A stretch of DNA of 64,000 bases, from positions 698-64,697 of the forward strand of contig CADBNT010000064.1 of NCBI GenBank assembly GCA_902796125.1. The letters are read 5' to 3'. The translations under genes were made by a program, and so were the position numbers. Below, piece by piece: positions 48,299 through 57,694 of the stretch (the stretch's first letter is position 1; each line of letters begins with the position of its first letter). Below the pieces are notes generated by a model. That model was not told the origin of the DNA. It saw only the letters and a program-made list of their open reading frames with translations, and searched no databases. Origin of the DNA: an uncultured Erysipelotrichaceae bacterium. Its GTDB lineage: Bacteria; Bacillota_I; Bacilli_A; RFN20; CAG-826.

Positions 48299-49590
48299 TC
48301 AACAACATCTCCTTTTTTCTTGATAAACAAAACTGTAAAAACGATGAGAACCATCACCAAATAAACGGTGGTAGCAATCATGACTAATGGATTGAAAAAT
48401 GCATAAATGTTTTTAGTGTGCCATATGGATCTTACAACGAAAGAGATGATTAAAAGCATAATAGGTGTGGTTGTTAACGGAATGAATGACGACACCTCAG
48501 TCAAATTCCGTTTACTAAAGTAAGCGTAAACTGCAAAAATTAAATAATCGATAGAACAAAAAACAATACCAAGAATGGCTAATCCATAGTTTTCTTTAGC
48601 ATTAAAAAACACATTAGTAATATTATTTGAATTAGGAACTTTTTGTGTGCCGCTTTTAGATGAATAATAGATTGTCGCTTTGACATCGTCAGCTTTAAAA
48701 ACAGTCTTATAATTAGTTGCCATTGTCAATGTTTCATCGAGCATATATCGTTTTGGTTGAAATTCACAAAACACTGTAGTGTGTAATTCCTTATTCAAAT
48801 CAGAAAAATGCCCATAATTAGAGACAAAACAAAAGCCCTTAAAGAAAAGGTCGAGTATTTTACCAGTATTTAAATCATTGTATTTAAATTGTTTTTCAAC
48901 CATATGTCTTTCATTAAAGCCATTAACATGGAAAATGTTAGCAATTTTATATTTAAATGATTTCGTTTCGTTGCCTAACGAAATGCTATTTAAAGAATCG
49001 TTAGTCAAAAAATCATCGTAAGTATATTCTGGATAAAAATTATCAATTATGTAATCAGCATAATAATCAGGAATATATATAAAACCATCGAAATTACTGC
49101 TGTCATAGTAAAGCTCTTCTTGACGGGGTCTATATTTAAAAATATTTATGCAAACGGTTTCTAGTCTTAATAATTCTGCATCATTTGAATAGTTTCGCCC
49201 ACTTACCACACATGTTGAAAAAGGCATTTTTTCGCCATTAAAAAGAGTATCGAAAGAGGCAACATCAGAATTGTCGGAAATTGTCATTAATTTGGTCGAA
49301 GTTCCAGAAAAATTCTCTGAATATGTATCAGAAAAAATAGTTTCTGGAATATTATTTTTCTTTTCGCCAGTAATGTCTATATTGGCATAACAGTATTGTG
49401 CACCATTTTGTTTACATTCATTTGCAAAAAAAGATAATTCGGAGCTTTTTTGAACATAATTTAGATTTGAAAACACAAATCCACATGGAACAAAAACAAT
49501 AATTTCAATTAAAGGAATTAGAAACTTAAAAACCGTTTTTTTATTCATTTTCTCGTTCCATCCTTTCAATGCGTTTTTGTATAGTACCAA
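48295..49590 (-). CDS. Membrane protein of unknown function (N-terminal TM, large extracytoplasmic domain, C-terminal TM bundle)
   Basis: 431 aa. One N-terminal helix, about 300 aa of hydrophilic sequence, then three C-terminal helices. It overlaps both neighbours. Confidence 0.5.
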   Translation of the reverse strand: MVLYKNALKGWNEKMNKKTVFKFLIPLIEIIVFVPCGFVFSNLNYVQKSSELSFFANECKQNGAQYCYANIDITGEKKNNIPETIFSDTYSENFSGTSTKLMTISDNSDVASFDTLFNGEKMPFSTCVVSGRNYSNDAELLRLETVCINIFKYRPRQEELYYDSSNFDGFIYIPDYYADYIIDNFYPEYTYDDFLTNDSLNSISLGNETKSFKYKIANIFHVNGFNERHMVEKQFKYNDLNTGKILDLFFKGFCFVSNYGHFSDLNKELHTTVFCEFQPKRYMLDETLTMATNYKTVFKADDVKATIYYSSKSGTQKVPNSNNITNVFFNAKENYGLAILGIVFCSIDYLIFAVYAYFSKRNLTEVSSFIPLTTTPIMLLIISFVVRSIWHTKNIYAFFNPLVMIATTVYLVMVLIVFTVLFIKKKGDVVE

Positions 49591-51145
49591 AAATTTTCGT
49601 AATTAATTTATCAATAGATAATCTTTCAGAAGCGTTTAAGCCAATAAAGCAAACGAAAAGAACGTATGAAATCGCAACTATTAATGCTTTTAACAAAAAC
49701 ATAATCCAAGAAGAATCTGGGAATAACTTATAAATAACAACACCTATCACTATCGTAAAAATAATCGGGATTATAAACGATAGGTATGCACTTCCAAAAA
49801 ATGAAAATGGATTGATTTTCAAATATTTATAAAAGCATATATCAAACAATATTGTTCTCGTGACAAAACCGATGCAAATTCCCAAAGAAACTCCAACAGC
49901 CCCCCAAACATAAGCAAGACTAATTGAAGATGCGATTCCAACCACAAGAGAAGCTAATGTTGACAAAGCACAAGAACGAATCTTTCCAATTGCTGCCATA
50001 GCATTTTCGGCAGTTTGCAAGGGGTAGAAGAATAAAGCAGGTAAGCATATTGCTAAAATGCAATAATAAGAACGACTATACCCATCTCCAACCCACAAAT
50101 AGATAAACTCTTTTCCACAAACAAACAAACCAACAAGAATCAAGGAAAGGATTAGAACTTGAATTCTGGCAATTTTTATATGGAACTTTTTAAAATCTTC
50201 TAATGAATTTGTATAATTATCGCCATTTGAGAATAGGATTCTAGAAATAGATGGATAAAAAATTGAACCAAATGCTGTTGCGAAAAGAGAAACATAAGAT
50301 TCTATTTGAATGGCAATTGAAAGAATAGCTATCTCTGCAGATCCATGAGCTTGCTGCGAAGTAAAGCCCAAAATAGTTGGTGTGAAAGAAACAAGAACAA
50401 CTCTACCGAAAGAGTTAATTGCTGCCCATAATGAGAAAGATATTACTTCTTTGAAAATCTTTTTGAATTCTTCAGCTTTCAATCTTGTGAAAAAATGACA
50501 TGGCGTTTTAATTTTAACAAACAACAATTTTAGAAAAACGCTTATAATGCCATGCAATGCATAACAGGACGTGAGGAAATATAATCCAAGATTGTTTGCT
50601 AAGACAATAATAGTTGTGATTATAAATATAAGTTTTGAAATAATATCAGCTATTTTTGTTAAGAATATCTTATCGTATGCAACAAGCATCCCATTCACAA
50701 TAGAGAATGGAAAAGTCAAAACGCTATATCCAGCAACAATAAGAAACACTATTTTAAAAGATTGAATTTCCGATTCAGTAAACGAAGTATATATTTTATC
50801 TAAAAATATAAAGGTTATTGAAAAAGCAATTAAAATAATAACTGATAATATCAAAAAACAAACAAACACAACTGAAATAAGTTTGTTAATTTCTTCCTGT
50901 GAAGAGGTAACTCTGTATTTTGAAATAAACTTAGTAACAGCTGTTCCAAGACCCAAATCAACAATAAACATCGTTATCAATGAAGATGCGGCAGTATAAA
51001 GACCATAATTGGATTGCCCAATGCTTTTTATGATGAAAGGAACTAAAAGGAAACCAGAAATAATATTTAAGGCAATTAAAAAATAACTAAGAAAAATTCC
51101 TAGTTTCAATTCTTTGTTGGTTTTTGTACTATCGCTACCTTTCAT
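49541..51145 (-). CDS. Wzx-type polysaccharide flippase (MOP superfamily)
   Basis: 534 aa, about 14 TM helices, with Polysacc_synt-like composition. Confidence 0.75.
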   Translation of the reverse strand: MKGSDSTKTNKELKLGIFLSYFLIALNIISGFLLVPFIIKSIGQSNYGLYTAASSLITMFIVDLGLGTAVTKFISKYRVTSSQEEINKLISVVFVCFLILSVIILIAFSITFIFLDKIYTSFTESEIQSFKIVFLIVAGYSVLTFPFSIVNGMLVAYDKIFLTKIADIISKLIFIITTIIVLANNLGLYFLTSCYALHGIISVFLKLLFVKIKTPCHFFTRLKAEEFKKIFKEVISFSLWAAINSFGRVVLVSFTPTILGFTSQQAHGSAEIAILSIAIQIESYVSLFATAFGSIFYPSISRILFSNGDNYTNSLEDFKKFHIKIARIQVLILSLILVGLFVCGKEFIYLWVGDGYSRSYYCILAICLPALFFYPLQTAENAMAAIGKIRSCALSTLASLVVGIASSISLAYVWGAVGVSLGICIGFVTRTILFDICFYKYLKINPFSFFGSAYLSFIIPIIFTIVIGVVIYKLFPDSSWIMFLLKALIVAISYVLFVCFIGLNASERLSIDKLITKIFGTIQKRIERMERENE

Positions 51146-51153
51146 TATTTATT

Positions 51154-51364
51154 CTACTTCTTAAAATCCGCATACCATTCTGCAAATTGTTTAAGACCTT
51201 CTCTTGAACTTGTTGATGTTTTATATCCGAAGTCTTTTTTCTAGTGTACTTGTATCTGTGTATGTAATTGATACATCGCCTACGGCATAGACTTTATTGC
51301 CTTGGGCTGCAATAATAGAATTGCTTAACACAACGTATCCAGTACCAGTAACATAAATTTTCAT
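51154..51364 (-). pseudogene. Deletion scar: in-frame fusion of a ugd N-terminus (about 28 aa) to a UDP-GlcA-epimerase C-terminus (about 40 aa), then frameshifted
   Basis: The reverse-complement reading MKIYVTGTGYVVLSNSIIAAQGNKVYAV matches the start of the ugd at 28499-29734 ([28 protein letters not shown]). It then continues directly as GDVSITYTDTSTLEK..., matching the end of the epimerase at 16129-17190 ([36 protein letters not shown]). A +1 slip in an A-run breaks the frame, and the tail KKDFGYKTSTSSREGLKQFAEWYADFKK* resumes in another frame. The ATG lies 2 nt after the stop of the sugar-transferase gene. Confidence 0.7.
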
Positions 51365-51365
51365 A

Positions 51366-51974
51366 CTATCTGCCTTTTACTGCTCCAAACATTTTCAAAA
51401 TGGTGTATCCAAAAATGCCAACATCAAAAAGAAAATTCATTCTTTTCGCATATTCAGAATCCCAATAAGCTTTAAACTCTGGGTCATGTTCTCTTTTCAT
51501 TTTGATTTGAGCCCAACCAGAAATTCCTGGTTTTACATCATATGCATTTGGTTTGTATTTTTCTCTGCATTCTCTAAGGAATTCTTCGTTATGAGCGGAT
51601 CCTGGTCTTGGACCTATGAATGCCATTTGGCCAAATAAGATATTGAATAATTGTGGAGATTCGTCAATTGAAGTTTTTCTAAGGAATCTACCAAATTTTG
51701 TATCCATGCCACGTTGAGTTTTCTCATCCATGTCCGATGGAGCAAGATTTGGATTTGCGTCCATCTTCATAGATCTAAACTTCAACATCTTAAAAACTTT
51801 TTTATGCTTTCCATATCTTTCCTGTGCGAAGAATGGATGTCCTTTTGTGACTATTGCATTAACAGGAATGATCCACCACCAGAGCAAAGAAAAACAAACA
51901 ATGATTCCAACGATGGAACCAATGATTCCGATTAACCTTTTAAATGGCAAATAGATTAATTGCTCTTTTCTCAT
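51366..51974 (-). CDS. Undecaprenyl-phosphate sugar-phosphate transferase (PglC-like, monotopic)
   Basis: FIGPRP and DVKPGISGWAQI motifs. 202 aa with one N-terminal TM helix. Confidence 0.8.
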   Translation of the reverse strand: MRKEQLIYLPFKRLIGIIGSIVGIIVCFSLLWWWIIPVNAIVTKGHPFFAQERYGKHKKVFKMLKFRSMKMDANPNLAPSDMDEKTQRGMDTKFGRFLRKTSIDESPQLFNILFGQMAFIGPRPGSAHNEEFLRECREKYKPNAYDVKPGISGWAQIKMKREHDPEFKAYWDSEYAKRMNFLFDVGIFGYTILKMFGAVKGR

Positions 51975-52142
51975 AATATAAGCATAAGATAAATACTAAA
52001 TCATTTTTTGATTTATATATTTATCAGTTTTTATATCTTATCTTATTATTTTTTGTTTAACAAATATTAAATACAAAAAAGTCTCAACTTAATAAGTTAA
52101 GACTTCCATTATTGGTGGTGATAAAACATCTAAGAATAATGC

Positions 52143-53270
52143 TTAATTATCAGAAGGTGATGACTCTTTGAAAATTTTGTTATAAATAAAATTATATGCT
52201 ATAGCATATAGATTTGCCATAAGTATAGAGAATTTTGATGTTAATCGATGTATTGATTCTTTATAAATAACCGCTAAAAGGAAACCGCATATGAACATAA
52301 ATGAGCCACATATCAGCATATAAACAATTGCTAGCTGTTCTCCATAAGTTGATAGACAGTAATTGTAGAAGTTGACTCTAGTTATTGTTCTTAATAAATA
52401 GTTCTCATGAATCACATAGACAAATAGTGAGCAAGTACTCAAATAAGATATAAACTTGTTTTGAAAGTTCATTTTTGCAAATATATTGAATAAGCAGATT
52501 AATGGCAATAAAAGAACTGGACTAAGTAAATTCATAATCCAAACTTGTTCAAGATATGGGTTTCTTCTAGCGAGGTAGAAAAAGAGGAAATAAAGAAGAT
52601 AAGCAAAAATAATACCTCCGATAAAAAGAATTAAGTTTAATTTCTTTTTCTCATAGATATTTGGTGTGTGCCATTTGATGAATGCCACTATCGCTAAAAT
52701 GTAGAAGAAATGTAATAATTCTGAACCTAAAGGCATTAAATAAACTAGTGATAAAAGACCATAAGTTAGAACAGCTAATACGATTAAGAGGAAATGAGCT
52801 TTCTTGGAAAGATGTTTTAGACCTGCCACCACCACTGGAGCAAGCAAATAGAAGACAACATAGCATGGAATAAACCAGTTCATGCGAAACACATCTGGAA
52901 AGATTTGATGAACGATTGTTTCTGGATCAAGCTCTTGACCGCCAATTAAAAAGCCAATCAAGATACCTATCGATATAATCGATGAGTCAATCAAAATATT
53001 GATTGCTTTCTCTCCTCTACTCTTCCTTGAATCAACAAGGAAATAACTAGAGCAGATGACAAAAAGGATATTCCCAATAGTGCCAAAAGGAACGACTCCA
53101 ACTGAAACGATATTTGAGATATTAATTCCAGAAAAATCAACCATCCACCTCAGTGTTTGATTGGCATGGAAAATGCAGATTAATAAAATCGCAATTATTC
53201 GTAATAGATCAATTCCAGAAAACCTAACTTTGCTGTTAGGAGTATTATTTGCAACAACAACTTCTTCCAT
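52143..53270 (-). CDS. Acyltransferase family 3 (membrane O-acyltransferase)
   Basis: 375 aa. FSGIDLLRIIAILLICIFHAN N-terminal signature, about 10 TM helices. Confidence 0.75.
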   Translation of the reverse strand: MEEVVVANNTPNSKVRFSGIDLLRIIAILLICIFHANQTLRWMVDFSGINISNIVSVGVVPFGTIGNILFVICSSYFLVDSRKSRGEKAINILIDSSIISIGILIGFLIGGQELDPETIVHQIFPDVFRMNWFIPCYVVFYLLAPVVVAGLKHLSKKAHFLLIVLAVLTYGLLSLVYLMPLGSELLHFFYILAIVAFIKWHTPNIYEKKKLNLILFIGGIIFAYLLYFLFFYLARRNPYLEQVWIMNLLSPVLLLPLICLFNIFAKMNFQNKFISYLSTCSLFVYVIHENYLLRTITRVNFYNYCLSTYGEQLAIVYMLICGSFMFICGFLLAVIYKESIHRLTSKFSILMANLYAIAYNFIYNKIFKESSPSDN

Positions 53271-53307
53271 TTTAACGACAATGTATTAACAACTTTTTTA
53301 TGGAAAT

Positions 53308-53392
53308 TTATTAAATTTGGTGGAGATAACAGGACTTGAACCTGCACGGGTCGCCCCACTAGATCCTAAGTCTAGCGCGTCTGCCAGTTTCG
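53308..53392 (-). tRNA. tRNA-Leu (anticodon UAG), type II with a long variable arm
   Basis: Reverse complement: GGAGATA-TG-GCGAAACTGGCAGACGC-G-CTAGA-CTTAGGA-TCTAG-TGGGGCGACCCGT-GCAGG-TTCAAGT-CCTGT-TATCTCC-A-CCA. The cloverleaf folds with a 7-bp acceptor stem, a 13-nt variable arm and an encoded CCA. Confidence 0.8.
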
Positions 53393-53442
53393 CCATATCT
53401 CCAGGGGCAAAAATATTTTATAAAAATAATTTATTTTTTCAA

Positions 53443-53805
53443 CTATTTATTGTGACACTTATGAGAGCCATCATGTTCTTCATAGTCACAATCCCCATCA
53501 CATTCTCCACCACAATCGCAGTTTTCATCCCCATGATTATGATGACAATGCCTATATCCAGTTAGACTATATTGCCCGTCTTTATAGTCGATAACAACAT
53601 CATCGAAGTTATCTTTAATATCATCATTGATGTGGACTTTGATACCATCGATAACTTCATAAGGTACTCCAGAAAGAATTGCCATTGATAGTTCACCATC
53701 GTGTGGGCAATGTCCTCTTTTAATAAAAGCAAAAGAAAGAACATCTTTATTTAGCTTTTTAAATAGTAAATTTAAATTCTCTTTTGCGGAGTCACTTATC
53801 TTCAT
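53443..53805 (-). CDS. IscA/HesB-like domain protein with a His/Cys-rich C-terminal metal-binding tail
   Basis: N-terminal fold-like MKISDSAKENL...FIKRGHCPH...VIDGIKVHI. The tail is GYRHCHHNHGDENCDCGGECDGDCDYEEHDGSHKCHNK. 120 aa. Confidence 0.4.
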   Translation of the reverse strand: MKISDSAKENLNLLFKKLNKDVLSFAFIKRGHCPHDGELSMAILSGVPYEVIDGIKVHINDDIKDNFDDVVIDYKDGQYSLTGYRHCHHNHGDENCDCGGECDGDCDYEEHDGSHKCHNK

Positions 53806-53806
53806 A

Positions 53807-55417
53807 TTAATTAATTACTCCACGAGTAACGTCATAGTTAATATCATATTCTTTATCATGAAGAGAATATTTGATATTAATTATCTTATTAGATGTGGAA
53901 TATGATAATACTTTTCCATTTTTAAATATATCTAAAGCTTCATCTAAGATTTCATTCTTAGATTCATCATAAGTCGCGATATCATCGCTAGTCATAAGGA
54001 CAGAACCAAATAAGGCATTTAACTTTGTTAATGCTATTCTTTGTTCTAGAGATAAAGATATATTTTCATCTCTAAGAAGGAATACATCTGGGTCATTATA
54101 GAATAGATGTTCATTAAAGATAGATCTAAAGATAGTGTTTTGTAGAGTTACTTTAGTAGATGGTCTTTCTCTATGAAATAATTGCATCACCCAAGAATCA
54201 TTAAATGAAAGTGATACATCTGGTCCAACTCTAAGATAATCAAAGTTATTAAGTGAAGAGATGATGTTCGCTCCACAACCAAGGACAAGTTTATCTTTAA
54301 GGATTTCTCTAAGGAAAGCATATGCTTCATTTTGAATCATAGCTCTAGATTTACCTTCATAAGTAGGTAGAGCAATCGCATATAAGAAATCTAATTTAAA
54401 GAAATCAAAACCCATATCCATATAATGGGTAATTACTTTTCTTACATAATTCATTGCGTCTTTGTTATAAAAATCTAAAGCATAGAAACCTGACCAGTTT
54501 CCACCCGCGAATACTGGTTTTCCTTTTTTATCTTTTTTAACCCATTCTGGATGTTCTTTTAAAGTCTTTGAATTTCTTTCTGAAGCAAAAGGCGCGAGCC
54601 ATATACCGGCTTTATATCCTTTCTCGTGAATCTTTTTTACAATTGGTTCTAATCCATTTGGGAATTTATTTTTATCTACATCAAGCCAATCCCCTACAAA
54701 TGTTTCAAATCCATCATCAATTTGGAAAACATTAAACCTGGAATCTAAAGCATCTAAATCTCTAAGAATAATTTCTTCATTGATATTTTGATAATAGTTA
54801 TACCAAGATGTATATCCAAATATCTTTTCTTTCTTTGCTAATAATGGGAAGTCTTTATAGAAGGAAGATAATCCTTCTTTAAAAGAAGAGAAGAAATGAT
54901 AATCAAAGATTTTGATTTCTTCATCTTTTTTAAGAGTTATCCCTTCTAACATAGAAGTTAGATAGATCTTATCTTTTTTATTTTTAATAAGTTCGATTAA
55001 TAAATAGGCATTTTTATAGTTAAGGTTATATATGAATGATTCATATTTACCTTTTGAATAAAAAACATCATATCCATGTGATCTATTAATTGAATATTTA
55101 TAAAAGGTAGAATCTCCATATTTATCCATTCCAAATTTCTTAACGATTAAATGAGGAGATTTTTTGATATTACGAAGTCTTTCTTTTAAATGAAATTCTT
55201 TGGTGTCTGTCCAAGATTGATATCCATTTAAAAAATAAACATCTTCTTTATTTAATTTAAAAGGAATCTCTTCTTTAGCGTTTAATAAAGTAATATTAGA
55301 TTTAGCTAAAATAGATACTTCTTTATGAGATCCATTTTCTTTAGAGATAAAAGAAATATCTTCGTTATCTTTGCATGTAACGAACTTCTTTCCTTCTTTT
55401 AAATATTCTAGATACAT
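53807..55417 (-). CDS. Glycoside hydrolase family 36-like alpha-galactosidase
   Basis: QIDDGFE (like DDGW) and FFKLDFLYA (KxD nucleophile region) melibiase-type motifs. 536 aa. Confidence 0.6.
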   Translation of the reverse strand: MYLEYLKEGKKFVTCKDNEDISFISKENGSHKEVSILAKSNITLLNAKEEIPFKLNKEDVYFLNGYQSWTDTKEFHLKERLRNIKKSPHLIVKKFGMDKYGDSTFYKYSINRSHGYDVFYSKGKYESFIYNLNYKNAYLLIELIKNKKDKIYLTSMLEGITLKKDEEIKIFDYHFFSSFKEGLSSFYKDFPLLAKKEKIFGYTSWYNYYQNINEEIILRDLDALDSRFNVFQIDDGFETFVGDWLDVDKNKFPNGLEPIVKKIHEKGYKAGIWLAPFASERNSKTLKEHPEWVKKDKKGKPVFAGGNWSGFYALDFYNKDAMNYVRKVITHYMDMGFDFFKLDFLYAIALPTYEGKSRAMIQNEAYAFLREILKDKLVLGCGANIISSLNNFDYLRVGPDVSLSFNDSWVMQLFHRERPSTKVTLQNTIFRSIFNEHLFYNDPDVFLLRDENISLSLEQRIALTKLNALFGSVLMTSDDIATYDESKNEILDEALDIFKNGKVLSYSTSNKIINIKYSLHDKEYDINYDVTRGVIN

Positions 55418-55555
55418 AACCTTCTCCTATATATCATTTATATATTTACGTACATACGTGCACGTAAAGACATAACTATATAAAGGATAACAAAATACGT
55501 TAAAACTATCTATAAAACAAAAAAGACACTCTTACGAGTATCATCTGAGAGATAA

Positions 55556-55631
55556 TGGTGCCTTCTATCGGACTTGAACCAATGACCTACCGCTTACAAG
55601 GCGGTTGCTCTACCAACTGAGCTAAGAAGGC
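55556..55631 (-). tRNA. tRNA-Thr (anticodon UGU)
   Basis: Reverse complement GCCTTCT-TA-GCTC-AGTTGGTA-GAGC-A-ACCGC-CTTGTAA-GCGGT-AGGTC-ATTGG-TTCAAGT-CCGAT-AGAAGGC-A-CCA gives a perfect cloverleaf. Confidence 0.85.
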
Positions 55632-55640
55632 ATTTCTCTC

Positions 55641-55716
55641 TGGTGGGCGCTACAGGGATCGAACCTGTGACCTCTTCCGTGTGAAGGAAACGCTCTCCCA
55701 ACTGAGCTAAGTGCCC
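55641..55716 (-). tRNA. tRNA-Val (anticodon CAC)
   Basis: Reverse complement GGGCACT-TA-GCTC-AGTTGGGA-GAGC-G-TTTCC-TTCACAC-GGAAG-AGGTC-ACAGG-TTCGATC-CCTGT-AGCGCCC-A-CCA. One A·C mismatch in the acceptor stem. Confidence 0.75.
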
Positions 55717-55774
55717 TTCTAAGAGGAATAGTTTCCCTCTAATAAAACTGCCCGAAGGCAGATTATTAATTAAA

Positions 55775-55851
<77 letters not shown>

Positions 55852-55920
55852 ATATATGCGCTTATAAACGCTTAAATACTATACAATAGTAAAAAATTAT
55901 TTGCAACAAAGAAAAGTAAG

Positions 55921-55952
55921 CAAGAAAAAAGAGTCCCAAGAAGAGACTCTTT
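55921..55952 (-). terminator. Candidate rho-independent terminator after rpsI
   Basis: AAAGAGTC (55928-55935) / GACTCTTT (55945-55952) form an 8-bp stem with a 9-nt loop. On the minus transcript it is followed by UUUCUU. Confidence 0.5.
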
Positions 55953-55967
55953 AGACTTCCAAATAGA

Positions 55968-56363
55968 TTAACGTTTGGAGAATTGTGGAGCACGACGTGC
56001 AGCTTTAAGACCGTATTTTTTACGTTCTTTAGCACGAGCGTCACGAGTGACAAGGCCAGCAACTTTTAATGTCTTTCTATCAACACCGGCTTCAAGTAAA
56101 GCACGGGTTAAACCAAGACGAATTGCACCTGCTTGTCCTGTAAATCCACCGCCCTCGACAAAGGCTTCAACATCGAACTTACCAGCGTTACCGGTAACTT
56201 CAAGTGGTTGAGAGAGGTCCATAACAAGTGTGGCATATGGCATATAGTCACTGACATCGCGTCCGTTGACTGTGATTTTACCTTTACCAGCAGTTACGTA
56301 GACTCTCGCTACTGAGGATTTACGACGACCAGTGCCGTAATATTGAGCATTTTTATTAGCCAT
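55968..56363 (-). CDS. rpsI: 30S ribosomal protein S9
   Basis: [23 protein letters not shown]...[19 protein letters not shown]...RRAPQFSKR. 131 aa. Confidence 0.95.
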   Translation of the reverse strand: MANKNAQYYGTGRRKSSVARVYVTAGKGKITVNGRDVSDYMPYATLVMDLSQPLEVTGNAGKFDVEAFVEGGGFTGQAGAIRLGLTRALLEAGVDRKTLKVAGLVTRDARAKERKKYGLKAARRAPQFSKR

Positions 56364-56375
56364 CTTTATTTCCTC

Positions 56376-56819
56376 CTATTTCTTCCAAGCAAGAACTTCA
56401 GGTTTCTGAGCTTCATGCTTATGATCTGGGCCTTTGTAAACAAAGAGCTTTTTGGCAATTTGGCGACCAAGTGGGCCTTTTGGAATCATGCCCCAAACTG
56501 ATCTTTCAACCATTTCTTCTGGATACTTTTCAAGCATCTCACCCGCTGTACGGGTACGGAGGCCACCATTGTATCCGGAGACGTTGTAATATTTTTTGTT
56601 TTTGAGTTTATTATTACCAGAGAGAGCAACCTTTTCAGCGTTAACGATAATGATGTAATCACCGCAATCGACATGTGGAGTGTAGATTGGTTTGTCTTTA
56701 CCCATTAATTTAACGGCGACGAAGGAAGCAAGACGACCGAGTGGAATGTTTGTTGCATCGATAACATACCATTTGCGGACGATTTCTGCTGGTTTTGCGA
56801 TCGTTGTTTGACGTTGCAT
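56376..56819 (-). CDS. rplM: 50S ribosomal protein L13
   Basis: MQRQTTIAKPAEIVRKWYVIDATN...LGRLAS. 147 aa, 12 nt upstream of rpsI. Confidence 0.95.
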   Translation of the reverse strand: MQRQTTIAKPAEIVRKWYVIDATNIPLGRLASFVAVKLMGKDKPIYTPHVDCGDYIIIVNAEKVALSGNNKLKNKKYYNVSGYNGGLRTRTAGEMLEKYPEEMVERSVWGMIPKGPLGRQIAKKLFVYKGPDHKHEAQKPEVLAWKK

Positions 56820-56984
56820 TTAATTTCCTCCTAATTCAAGCAATAATCTTACCGGGACTATTGTTTTAATTGTGCCGAGTGAGATTATATATTTTATATA
56901 AAAGCAAGTCAAATGGTTTTTGTTATCTATCTTTGAAAATAGATAAACCAAAAATTATATTATTATGATTTAATCATAGATTAA

Positions 56985-57305
56985 CTAATCGTATGCTTTT
57001 AAAGCTTTACATAGTTTCTTATATTCTTGTTTTGCAAGCTTTAAATCGCTCTTAATTCTTTTATAGTCTTCACTTAATTTTATTTGTGCTTTTGCTTCAT
57101 CGCTTCCAAGCATACCGAGATATTCAGATATGATTTTGTCTTGTTCTCTTCGTTTACGATATACATAGGATGATGAACCAACTTTACTAATAAAAATTGT
57201 TCCTCGTGGTAAGGAAGATAAAAGCTGCTTATAACTTTCAATGTTATTAGCTAGTCTTTCTTTTTCTTCTCTTAAAACACTTTCAACAATACTCATACTA
57301 TTCAA
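56985..57305 (-). CDS. Hypothetical small coiled-coil protein
   Basis: 106 aa, charged and helical (KLSEDYKRIKSDLKLAKQEYKKLCKALKAYD). No motif I recognise. Confidence 0.45.
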   Translation of the reverse strand: MNSMSIVESVLREEKERLANNIESYKQLLSSLPRGTIFISKVGSSSYVYRKRREQDKIISEYLGMLGSDEAKAQIKLSEDYKRIKSDLKLAKQEYKKLCKALKAYD

Positions 57306-57437
57306 TTGTACATCAAATTCATTTTTAATCGCAATTTGTTGTATAAAAATTCGCCAACTACTAACTGTTGATTTTATGGATTATTTACCCTATAATTTAA
57401 TTGGGTGAGATGGGGATATGTTAGAAAGGAGGGCACC

Positions 57438-57692
57438 ATGCCCACTATATCTTCATTTTATGGAATCCTTATCATTATGCATTTGCGTGGTAAGGAACAT
57501 GAACCACCTCACATCCACGCTCGTTATAGCGGTGTTGAAGCAACATTCTCTATAGATACTGGAGAAATCTTGCTTGGTATATTTCCTCAATCAGGAGCCA
57601 AACTTGTAAAACAATTCATTTTGCTTCACAAAGAAGAATTATTGGAGATGTGGAATACTCAAATATTTAAAAAACTTCCACCACTAGAATAA
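57438..57692 (+). CDS. DUF4160-family protein
   Basis: MPTISSFYGILIIMHLRGKEHEPPHIHARYSGVEATFSIDTGEIL matches the DUF4160 consensus (MPtIs.FyGi.i.my..dH.PPHfHa.Y.e.ea...i.tgei). The track starts at an upstream Met at 57405. Confidence 0.6.
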   Translation: MPTISSFYGILIIMHLRGKEHEPPHIHARYSGVEATFSIDTGEILLGIFPQSGAKLVKQFILLHKEELLEMWNTQIFKKLPPLE

Positions 57693-57694
57693 CT

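Noticed and set aside
53317-53565. 82-aa plus-strand ORF
   Set aside because: It overlaps tRNA-Leu on the opposite strand and runs antisense to the IscA-like gene. Hydrophobic junk translation.
55862-56315. Several 60–78-aa ORFs overlapping rpsI in other frames
   Set aside because: Shadow ORFs of a highly expressed ribosomal gene.
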